Position numbers and translations under genes: made by a program. Below, in pieces: positions 10,003-17,695 of a DNA stretch of 64,000 bases (position 1 is the stretch's first letter; every line of letters starts with the position of its first letter). Source of the stretch: an uncultured delta proteobacterium (lineage in GTDB: Bacteria; Myxococcota_A; Polyangia; Polyangiales; B10-G4); the NCBI GenBank assembly GCA_963727445.1, contig CAVSGI010000009.1:704001-768000 (forward strand), written 5' to 3'. The notes below the pieces were generated by a model that was not told the DNA's origin, did no database searches, and saw nothing but the letters and a program-made list of their open reading frames with translations.

Positions 10003-11066
10003 TCGTTCGCCCCGGGTGCCTCGTCCTCGACGCTTTCGTCGCTGGTGGTGGCGGTGCTCGCAGCGCTGTCGTCGCCGTCGGTTCCGTCTTCGTCGCCGCC
10101 GGCGCCGTCCTCGTCGCCGCCGGCGCCCTCCTCGTCGCTGCCGGCGCCCTCCTCGTCACCGTCCTCGTCCTCACCCGGTACCTCCGACCCCCATCCCATC
10201 GCGGGCTCGCCCGCGGCGGCCTTCACCTGCGCGGCGATGCCGCAGTCGGTGGCCAGGATGCTGTCGTTCAGCTCGGGGGTGGCGGTGCGGGGAACGTCGA
10301 CGCCGGGAAGGGCGATGCGGACGGGGACCAGACGCCCGACCGGCTCGGTACGAACGCTGAGGAGCAGCTTGTCGTCGCGTAAATCCCAGATGTAGACGTC
10401 GCTCGGTGACTCGGCACGAAGGTTCGTCTGCTGGATGATCACCAGCAGGTACTGAGCCTGCATCGCGGTGGCGATGCCCGGCAGATCGCGATCGACCCGG
10501 CGGGTGAGATCGGCCTCGAGGACCTCGAGGCGGGCCAGCGACGCGGTCTCCACCTCCTCGGGCCACGACGGAAGGAGGAACTCCCCCGACTCGTAGAAGC
10601 CTCGCAGGCTGGTCGGAGCGATCCCGAGGCAGCGGCCGATGCCGTCCCGGAGGAAATCCTTCGCGGCGAGGGCGATCCCCTCGGAGGTCTGGGCCTGCTC
10701 GCGCGAGAGGCGCAGGTAGAGGCCCTGACCCTGGTGCAGCGCGCTCAGGTTGAGGCGGGGGTCGGCGTAGGTCTCGGGCGGATCGTTGTCCTTCACGCTC
10801 AGGACCAGCCCATCGATCTTCTCTCGGAAGGCCTCGTACCGCTCGATGAACGGGCTCAGCTCACCGTGATAGCTGGCGAGGATGCGCGTCCGAAGGGTGA
10901 CGGTCTTGTCGTGCTGCCGCCACAGGTAGCTCCCCACCAGGAAGCCGACGGCCACGACGCCCAGAATCACCCACCTCCACGGAAAACGCGGCATGAAAGC
11001 CGCGCGTTCGTCGAGGTCGGTGCTCGGCCGGGCCGGCTCGAGCTTTTTCTGTGGGTCCTCGGCCAT
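9999..11066 (-). CDS. Hypothetical single-TM protein with acidic C-terminal tail
   Basis: 355 aa; TM (WVILGVVAVGFLVGSYLW); GDE/D-G-A-G repeats at the C-terminus; follows aglS. Confidence 0.75.
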   Translation of the reverse strand: MAEDPQKKLEPARPSTDLDERAAFMPRFPWRWVILGVVAVGFLVGSYLWRQHDKTVTLRTRILASYHGELSPFIERYEAFREKIDGLVLSVKDNDPPETYADPRLNLSALHQGQGLYLRLSREQAQTSEGIALAAKDFLRDGIGRCLGIAPTSLRGFYESGEFLLPSWPEEVETASLARLEVLEADLTRRVDRDLPGIATAMQAQYLLVIIQQTNLRAESPSDVYIWDLRDDKLLLSVRTEPVGRLVPVRIALPGVDVPRTATPELNDSILATDCGIAAQVKAAAGEPAMGWGSEVPGEDEDGDEEGAGSDEEGAGGDEDGAGGDEDGTDGDDSAASTATTSDESVEDEAPGANE

Positions 11067-11125
11067 CAGGCAGAGGCTAATTCCGGGGCCTCGGGCCGGC
11101 CCCCTTCAGCCCCCGGGCCATCAAA

Positions 11126-11665
11126 CTACTCGCCGGTCGCGTTCACCGCGAAGCTCACGTTCGAGTAGCCGGCCTGAGCCGTCGAGAACATGACCTTCTT
11201 CACCACCCGGTAGTCCGTGTTGATGTCGGCCTGAATGATGACGACACCAGCGAAGGGCTGCTGGGGGTGGAGGATGCCCCAGTTGCGCTTGAGCGTCTCG
11301 AGGTCCTGCACGAGCTGCTCGATGCGAGTCGATCTCCGCCGAGGAGGCGAGGGACGCCGTGTCCGCCATGCGGCGGCCGTCGAGCATCACGACCTGACGG
11401 GTTGATCGCGATGATGGGTGCTATCCTCCAGCGCTTCGGTGTTCACGCCGTCCGGCAGGCGCAGGAGATCGTCCTGCGCCGCCGTGACGATCTGCGCGCT
11501 GAAGTTGGTCAGCAGGAAGACGACCAGCACGATGAGGAAGTCGATGAACGGGACGAGCGAGATCGACGTGTCGACGCTCTTCCGTCCACCACCGCTGACA
11601 CGATCCGGGACGAACTTCAGCGGGATGTGGTGAAGGAGGACCTTATGTGGCGTGTGAATGGGCAT
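11126..11665 (-). CDS. aglS: AglS-like ExbD/TolR gliding-motor subunit, split by indels (about 11420 and 11330-11370)
   Basis: MPIHTPHK...ISLVPFIDFLIVLVVFLLTNFSA...LPDGVN and, in another frame, IIQADINTDYRVVKKVMFSTAQAGYSNVSFAV, resembling the AglS C-terminus; third gene of a TolQ-TolR-TolR operon. Confidence 0.75.
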
Positions 11666-11675
11666 CGGGTCGTCC

Positions 11676-12152
11676 TCAGAGTGCCGCGCCGTCGGAGAGC
11701 GACATGTCGTGGAAGCCTTCGCCCACCACCAGGTCCATCGCCGACACGACGTCCTCGTAACGCACCCCGTCCTCGGGGGCGACGATGATGTCGCGGCGGT
11801 TCGGCTCGATGCTGGCGCCGCTCCTGAAGCTTGGAGCGGAGCTCGTCGATGTCGAGGTCTCGCCGTTCTTGGCGATGGTGATGCGATCTCCGGCCGTCGC
11901 CGCGAGCACGTAGCCGGTGTTCTGGATCTGGAGGAACAGCTTGACCCGCTCCTCGGGCGGCGGCTGATCGTCCTGGGCCTGCTGACCGGGCTGCTGCTGG
12001 TTCGCGTTGATGCGCGCCAGCTGGTTCCACACCGCCGTGACGAGAAGGAACATGACGCAGCAGAGGAGGAGATCGATGAACGGGATGAGCGGGATCTCCG
12101 CGTCCACGTTCTTCTTTCCGCCACCACCGCCTTCGACGTTTACGCCACCCAT
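11676..12152 (-). CDS. aglQ: AglQ-like ExbD/TolR gliding-motor subunit (compensating indels about 11810-11860)
   Basis: ATG 12152 with GGGAG RBS; MGGVNVEGGGGGKK...IPFIDLLL..MFLLVTAVWNQL; the segment DIDELRSKLQERRQ lies in an alternative frame. Confidence 0.78.
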   Translation of the reverse strand: MGGVNVEGGGGGKKNVDAEIPLIPFIDLLLCCVMFLLVTAVWNQLARINANQQQPGQQAQDDQPPPEERVKLFLQIQNTGYVLAATAGDRITIAKNGETSTSTSSAPSFRSGASIEPNRRDIIVAPEDGVRYEDVVSAMDLVVGEGFHDMSLSDGAAL

Positions 12153-12202
12153 CGTTTGCTCCCTTATCGAAGAAACAGCTGGAGCCCCTCCGATGGAGGC
12201 GG

Positions 12203-12860
12203 TCAGGCGATCAGCCTGCTGAGCGCCCTGAAGGTTGACCTTCGAGCGGTTGTTCACGACCAGGTTCATCACCTGGACCGTCGCGCCGTTGATGTCGTCG
12301 AGAAGGCACTGCGTCTTGCCGTTGAGCGACGGCGAAGCCGATCAGCGCGATGATCGCGCTCAAGAGGCCGAACGCCGTGCAGTTCATCGCCTCGGAGATA
12401 CCCTGCGGCGAGCAGCAGCGCCTTCGAGCCGCGTCCGCGTTGGCGACCGCGCCGAACGCGATGATGAGACCGATGACCGTGCCGAGCAGACCCGAGAGCA
12501 TCGCGAGGTTCGCGAGAAGGGCCAGGTACGGGGTGCGAGCTTCGATCTTCGGAAGCTCGCGAAGAGCGGCCTCGTCCATGGCAGCCTGAACCTCGGCGTC
12601 GGGGCGGTTGACCTTCATGAGGCCCGCCTTGACGATGCGGGCGAGAGGCGCGTTCGCCGCGGAGCAGAGCTTGATGGCGCGACCGATGTCTCCGGCGAGG
12701 ATGCACTTCTGCATCGTCGCGAGGAAGACGTCCTTGTTGATGGAGCTCTTGTACAGATAGATCGCGCGCTCGACGATGACGCCGATCGCGATGATCAGCC
12801 AGAAGAGGATGGCGTACATCCCCATCCGCCTTCCTCGAAGTGGTGCGCAATACTCGACAT
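12203..12860 (-). CDS. aglR: AglR-like MotA/TolQ/ExbB proton channel subunit, several indels; 3' end approximate
   Basis: ATG 12860 (MSSIAHHFEEGGWG/MY) with GGAGG RBS; VERAIYLYKSSINKD, MDEAALRELPKIEART, AMLSGLLGTV, GISEAMNCTAFGL. Confidence 0.8.
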
Positions 12861-12992
12861 CGTCCTCTGTCCTCCTGAAACGATCCTTGGGGCGCCGAAT
12901 CCCGTGCCGACGACCGCCTTCGATCAGCGTATCCCGTAGCGAATCTGATTGTGATTCTAAGGGTCTACGCCTTCTGCTCGCTTGACCGGGCG

Positions 12993-13020
12993 ATGATACC
13001 GACCCGAATGGTGAAGTCAA
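12993..13020 (-). promoter_or_regulatory. Sigma70-type promoter for aglRQS
   Basis: TTGACT-N16-TATCAT on the minus strand. Confidence 0.6.
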
Positions 13021-13207
13021 TACTGATCCATTGGGCTCGGTGACACCCCCCACACGTCTCGGAAGGGTGATCCTTTAGTGTCCATCCGGCCAAGAAAGTT
13101 CCCACCGACATCGCCCTTCACCGGCCCCCTGGGGCCGCCCCGACGTCACCCCCGAAGACGGAGGGGGCTCGCGCTGTCACCCCTCGGGGAACGACCTGGA
13201 CGTAGCG

Positions 13208-13237
13208 TTGACAAGGCGAATCCCGCTAGGGTAGCGT
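13208..13237 (+). promoter_or_regulatory. Sigma70-type promoter for the second motor operon
   Basis: TTGACA-N18-TAGCGT. Confidence 0.45.
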
Positions 13238-13327
13238 CCTGCCTGTTTTCGGCGATTGCCGCTGCATTTTCGCGGCATTCGGACCATCTGACGACCAGTA
13301 CCGAGAGGACGTAAGGAGCCTCAGCTG

Positions 13328-13954
13328 ATGGAAGCAATTTGGCATTTCATGCTCGATGGAGCCCCCTTCACCTTCATCAACGTCGGCGTGCTGGCGTTCG
13401 TGCTTGCGATCATCGTCGAACGATTCGTCTTCATTCTCACCAAGTACCGGGTCAACAGCCGTGAGTTCATGGCGCAGATCCGGAAGCTGGTGCAGGCGGG
13501 GAACATCGATCGCGCCATCAAGCTCTGCGAGGCGGCGCCGCTGCCGCTCCTTCAGGTCGTCAAGGCGGGCCTCACCCAGGTGAATCGTGGTGAAGAGGCG
13601 GTCATCGCTTCGATGGAAGAGCGCATGAGCGAGGTCATGCCCGAGCTCGAGAAGCGCATCGGCGCCCTTTGGTCGCTCGCGAACATCGCGACCCTGATCG
13701 GCCTCCTCGGCACCATCTCGGGTCTGATTCGCGCGTTCGGCGCCGTGGCCTTCGCCGACCCCTCCGAACAGCAGCGCATCCTCTCGAACGGTATCTCCGA
13801 GGCCATGTACAACACGGCGCTCGGTCTCGGCATCGCCGTGCTCTGCATGATCGCCACCTGATCCTCCACGGCATGGCAGAAGAAGCAGAAGCAGGACATG
13901 GAGCGCGCCACGATGAAGCTCGAGAACCTGCTCGCCCTGCGCCGTCAGGGCTGA
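13328..13954 (+). CDS. MotA/TolQ/ExbB proton channel protein (second copy), indels at about 13855 and 13878
   Basis: AAGGAG RBS; IIVERF, ATLIGLLGTI, GISEAMYNTALGL; continues HLILHGM..KKQKQDMERATMKLENLLALRRQG* after frame correction. Confidence 0.82.
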
Positions 13955-13981
13955 GCCCGCATCACGCGTTATCGGTAGACG

Positions 13982-14538
13982 ATGGCCGAAGCTCACCCCA
14001 GCCCAGCGTCAATACATTCGGAAGCGCACGAAGGTTCACGACCTCGATCCGTCCGAGATGGCCGGCGAGCTCAACATCGTTCCGTTCCTCGACATCGTCG
14101 TGAACCTGATCATGTTCCTGCTCGTCACCACCATGAGCGCGGTGGCCGCTTGCGCAGATCGATTCTCAGCTCCCGGAGTATCGGCGCGGCGTCGGTGGAC
14201 GCAGCTCGAACCCCGAGGCGACGCTGAACCTCAACGTCACGATCGTCGAGCAGGGCGTCATCGTCACCGGCTCGGGCGGCAAGCTCGCACCGGGCTGCGA
14301 CACCGTCGGCTCGGGCAACGTCATCACGGTGCCGAAGAACGGCAACGACTATGATTGGGCGGGCCTGACCGCGTGCGTCGCGAAGGTGAAGGAGCAGTTC
14401 CCGGAGGAGCGACAGGTCACGGTCACCGCCGACCCGCTCATCCAGTACCGCTACCTCGTGCAGGCGATGGACGCGATTCGTGAGAAAGACACCGAGGAGC
14501 TCTTCCCCGAGGTGCTGATCTCCGCGGGTGTGCGCTGA
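13982..14538 (+). CDS. ExbD/TolR family protein, indels at about 13988 and 14150
   Basis: Reconstructed KLTPAQRQYIRKRTK..GELNIVPFLDIVVNLIMFLL ... VTVTADPLIQYRYLVQAMDAIR...FPEVLISAGVR. Confidence 0.8.
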
Positions 14539-15113
14539 TGGCCGGCCCGGATACACAAGGCGGACACGACGAGCCCGTCGCCACGATGGGGCAGGTGAAG
14601 TCCATCATTCGGCGCAAGCTCCGCAAGATGGACCCCGACCAGGAGAACCATCTCAACATCTATCCGATGATGGACATGATGACGATCCTGCTCGTCTTCC
14701 TCATCATGCAATTCGCTGCGACCAGCGCGGACACGGTGCAGTCGGACGAGCTGCGCCTGCCCTACTCGACCTCGGAGACCGAGAAGCTCGACGCCCTGGT
14801 GGTGAAGATCTCGCGGATCTCGATCCTGGTCGAGGCGAATCAGGTCGTCACCCTTCGTAACGGGCAGGTCGACCCCGGCGACAAGCAGGGTGGCGGTACC
14901 GGCTTCCTGATCACGCGCCTGCATCGCGAGCTCCAGCAGCACCGCGATCGCCTCAAGATGATCGCTCAGCAGCGCGGCCAGCCGTTCCGCGGCGAGGTCC
15001 AGATCATCGCGGACGAACGAACCCCGTTCCGAACCCTGACCGAGGTCATCTATACGCTCGGTCAGAGTGAGTTCAAGAACCTCAGGTTCGTCGTACTCCA
15101 AGAAGGTAGTTAG
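14538..15113 (+). CDS. ExbD/TolR family protein
   Basis: LNIYPMMDMMTILLVFLI TM with Asp; IIADERTPFRTLTEVIYT; intact 191 aa. Confidence 0.88.
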   Translation: MAGPDTQGGHDEPVATMGQVKSIIRRKLRKMDPDQENHLNIYPMMDMMTILLVFLIMQFAATSADTVQSDELRLPYSTSETEKLDALVVKISRISILVEANQVVTLRNGQVDPGDKQGGGTGFLITRLHRELQQHRDRLKMIAQQRGQPFRGEVQIIADERTPFRTLTEVIYTLGQSEFKNLRFVVLQEGS

Positions 15114-15134
15114 TCGGCGCGCCATTCGCCGGCT

Positions 15135-15266
15135 TCGCCACCAATGACCGGAGAAATTGGTGAGGAGGGCTCAGGCCCCCTTGGCCTTGGCCTTGGCCTT
15201 GGCCTTGGGCTGGCGGAGGGCGGCTGAACGTACTCCCTGCGTGAGACGACCAGTGGGAGGGTGTTC
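15135..15266. repeat. Intergenic element copy 1, containing a (CCTTGG)n microsatellite at about 15179-15208
   Basis: GCGGAGGGCGGCTGAACGTAC at 15213-15233 is identical to 43598-43618; flanking CAGGCCCC and GGGTGTT blocks are also shared. Confidence 0.65.
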
Positions 15267-15270
15267 GACG

Positions 15271-16656
15271 CTACCGGCAGCGGCCGCGTTGGCAGCGTTG
15301 ACCGGCAGCGCACATGGTGTCGCAGGCGCCGCAGTGGGCCGTGTCGGTGTCGAGGTCGACGCACTCGGTGCCGCACGTGGTGGCGGGGCAGTCGCAGAGG
15401 CCGGCGACGCAGGTGGCGAGGGGGCCACAGTCGTTGCCGCAGCCGCCGCAGTTTGCGCCGTCGGTCATCGGGTCGACGCAGGTGTCGCCGCAGAGGAGCT
15501 GTCCCATCGGGCACTCGCAGGCGCCCGAGGTGCACACCCGACCACCCGCGCAGGCCATCGTGCAGCCGCCGCAGTTGGCGTCGTCGGTCATCGGGTCGAC
15601 GCAGGTGCCGGCGCAGAGCAAGAGACCCGCCGCGCATGTGGGTACGCAAGCGCCGCCATCGCAGGTCTCTGCTGCCGCGCAGGCGTTGCGGCAGGCGCCG
15701 CAGTTCGCGGGATCGGTCGCCGCGTCGGTGCAGCGCCCGCGGCAGAGCGTCTCGCCGCTCGGGCAACGGCAGACGCCGTCCTGGCAGGTGCGCCCGCCAG
15801 CGCACACCACGCCGCAGTCGCCGCAGTGTGAGTTGCTCGTCGCAGTGTCGACGCAGCTCGCGCCGCAGGCCGTGAGCCCTGCCGGACATGCGGGCTGACA
15901 GGTTCCGTCCGCGCAGAGCTCTCCCGAGGCGCACGCCACACCGCATCCACCACAGTTCGCGGCGTCTGTGCTGGTGTCGACGCATCCACTCGCGCCGCAC
16001 GGCGAAAGCGTGCCCGGACAGACGCACGCGCCATCAGAGCAGTACCGCCCGCTCGCGCACGCCATCGAGCAGCCGCCGCAGTGGTAGGGGTTGTTCGAGA
16101 CGTCGACGCAGGCGCCCTCGCACTCGGTGAGGGTCATGCCGCAGCTCGAGGCGCACAGCCCCGCCGTGCAGACCTCGCCCGCGGGGCAGGCCATGGCACA
16201 CGCGCCGCAGTTGGCCGGATCGGAGCGGAGATCCACGCAGCCGCTGCCACAGTCGCTGAGGTCCGTGTCGCAGATGCAGATTCCGTCGGAGCAGGTCTGG
16301 TTGGTGGCGCAGGCCACTCTGCAGGCGCCGCAATTCTCCGGATCGCTGTCGGGGTTGACGCACGCGTCGCCACAGTCGGTCAGCCGCGGAGAGCAGGCCG
16401 AGGCGCACACACCGAGATCGCAGACCTGGCCGTCGGCGCAGGCGGTGCCGCAGGCGCCACAGTTGGCCGGGTCGGTGGAGAGCGTCGTGCAGACTCCGTC
16501 GCAGCGCGTCTGGCCCGCGGTTGGACAGGCACCGCCATCCGCCACCGTCGAATCCATCGTGGGGCCCACGCCGCTGTCGGTAGTGGCGGACCCATCGTCG
16601 CCGCATCCGAAGAGTGCCAGCGCCGAGACCCAGGCGACGAGGATGCGAAAAGCCAC
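15271..16656 (-). CDS. Cysteine-rich repeat lipoprotein (about 11 CVDxxxDxxNCGxCGxxC units)
   Basis: True start probably GTG 16656 (VAFRILVAWVSALALFGC-GDDG lipobox); tandem Cys modules of about 37 aa. Confidence 0.85.
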   Translation of the reverse strand: MAFRILVAWVSALALFGCGDDGSATTDSGVGPTMDSTVADGGACPTAGQTRCDGVCTTLSTDPANCGACGTACADGQVCDLGVCASACSPRLTDCGDACVNPDSDPENCGACRVACATNQTCSDGICICDTDLSDCGSGCVDLRSDPANCGACAMACPAGEVCTAGLCASSCGMTLTECEGACVDVSNNPYHCGGCSMACASGRYCSDGACVCPGTLSPCGASGCVDTSTDAANCGGCGVACASGELCADGTCQPACPAGLTACGASCVDTATSNSHCGDCGVVCAGGRTCQDGVCRCPSGETLCRGRCTDAATDPANCGACRNACAAAETCDGGACVPTCAAGLLLCAGTCVDPMTDDANCGGCTMACAGGRVCTSGACECPMGQLLCGDTCVDPMTDGANCGGCGNDCGPLATCVAGLCDCPATTCGTECVDLDTDTAHCGACDTMCAAGQRCQRGRCR

Positions 16657-16680
16657 GGACCCGATGTTAGCAGACGCACG

Positions 16681-16712
16681 AAGGCCCCACCGTCTCGCGA
16701 CGGCGGGGCCTT
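16681..16712. terminator. GC-rich hairpin, terminator-like, downstream of the knottin-repeat gene
   Basis: AAGGCCCCACCGTC-TCGC-GACGGCGGGGCCTT. Confidence 0.6.
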
Positions 16713-16735
16713 TCTTCGTGGCGATCGCGCGCGAC

Positions 16736-17542
16736 TCAGGCGCGGGCCGGAGCGCACTGGTCCGAGCTGTTGCAGTAGCCGCTGCAGCAGTCGCTGCCGG
16801 CGCCGCAGGAGGCGCCGGTGTCGCCGCAGGCCGGAGCGCGGGCCGGTGCACACTCGTTCGAGCTGTTGCAGTAGCCGCTGCAGCAGTCGCTGCCGGCGCC
16901 GCAGGAGGCGCCGGTGTCGCCGCAGGCCGAGGCGCGGGCCGGTGCACACTCGTTCGAGCTGTTGCAGTAGCCGCTGCAGCAGTCGCTGCCGGCGCGGCAC
17001 GATGCGCCGGTGTCGCCGCAGGCCGAGGCGCGGGCCGGTGCACACTCGTTCGAGCTGTTGCAGTAGCCGCTGCAGCAGTCGCTGCCGGCGCTGCACGATG
17101 CGCCAGTGTCGCCGCAGAGCGCGGCGCGGGCCGGGGCGCAGACGTTCGAGCTGTTGCAGTTTCCGCTGCAGCAGTCGTCGTTCGCGGCGCAGGCGCTGCT
17201 ATCTGCGAAGCACGCGGGAAGTGCCCGGGACGGAGCGCAGGCATTCGAGCTGTTGCAATAGCCGGAACAACAGTCCTCGTCGATGCTACAGACCGTGCCG
17301 TCCGCCTCACACATGGGGTCGGGCATGGCCGCGTCGTCTCCCGGAAGCGTGGTGCCACCGTCCGCGGTGCCCATCATCATGGGATCGGGCGTGGTGCTGG
17401 CGTCGTCGCCCATGGTGCCCGCGTCGTCGTAGAGCGGGTCGCCACCCGTGCTCCCCGTTGGACGCGTGTCGTTGCCACACCCGAGCCCACCGATCACCAG
17501 AAGCGCAGCCAAACAAATCCCGAAGTTCCGTCCCATCGTCAT
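16736..17542 (-). CDS. Lipoprotein with six tandem C-C-CC-C-C (knottin/conotoxin-like) modules
   Basis: Lipobox GGLGC; acidic linker; 6 x about 32 aa CGDTGASCxAGSDCCSGYCNSSNECAPARAxA; GGGAG RBS. Confidence 0.85.
   Translation of the reverse strand: MTMGRNFGICLAALLVIGGLGCGNDTRPTGSTGGDPLYDDAGTMGDDASTTPDPMMMGTADGGTTLPGDDAAMPDPMCEADGTVCSIDEDCCSGYCNSSNACAPSRALPACFADSSACAANDDCCSGNCNSSNVCAPARAALCGDTGASCSAGSDCCSGYCNSSNECAPARASACGDTGASCRAGSDCCSGYCNSSNECAPARASACGDTGASCGAGSDCCSGYCNSSNECAPARAPACGDTGASCGAGSDCCSGYCNSSDQCAPARA
16739..17311 (-). repeat. Coding tandem repeat, 96-bp unit x6 (last four near-identical)
   Basis: Repeated CGAGCTGTTGCAGTAGCCGCTGCAGCAGTCGCTGCCGGCG on the plus strand. Confidence 0.92.
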
Positions 17543-17580
17543 TTCTCCCTTCGCCGTGTGGCGTGATGACAGGGAGCTTC

Positions 17581-17597
17581 AGCACGGCCCGTGCCGA
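17581..17597 (-). promoter_or_regulatory. Sigma54 (-24/-12) promoter for the knottin-repeat gene
   Basis: Minus strand TCGGCACG-GGCC-GTGCT (GG-N10-GC), about 40 nt upstream of the start codon. Confidence 0.65.
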
Positions 17598-17632
17598 AGC
17601 GCCGAGGACCCAGAAACACCGAAAAAACCGGC

Positions 17633-17689
17633 GTGGACCGCGCAGTTCACCCTGGACCAGGGCGGTCCAGCGCTGGACCATTGGTCCAC
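17633..17689. promoter_or_regulatory. Three palindromic TGGACC...GGTCCA boxes (putative enhancer/UAS)
   Basis: GTGGACcgcgcaGTTCAC 17633-17650; CTGGACCagggcGGTCCAG 17652-17670; TGGACCA-T-TGGTCCA 17674-17688. Confidence 0.7.
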
Positions 17690-17695
17690 GCCCGC

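Noticed and set aside
9999..10180. Short GC-rich repeats (about 21 bp)
   Set aside because: They encode the acidic tail of the 355-aa protein; not a separate element.
11676..12272. Apparent AglR-AglQ read-through fusion
   Set aside because: aglQ has its own RBS and ATG at 12152; the fusion is best explained by an indel near the aglR stop in an error-rich region.
13859..13861. TGA read-through (selenocysteine) in the second TolQ gene
   Set aside because: The conserved continuation is in another frame; a missing base in GCC-CAC explains it.
15115..15180. HDV-like ribozyme (CCTCCTCAC ... GGCGAAT on the minus strand)
   Set aside because: I could not form the required P1/P3 pairings around the loop.
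16739..17311. Possible CRISPR array (regular repeats; also 63543-63657)
   Set aside because: Units are contiguous in-frame coding repeats without unique spacers; no cas genes in the window.
16657..17358. Ala/Thr/Pro-rich N-terminal extension of the 695-aa ORF
   Set aside because: Alternative frame of the knottin repeats; the true gene has a lipobox start at 16656 after a terminator hairpin.
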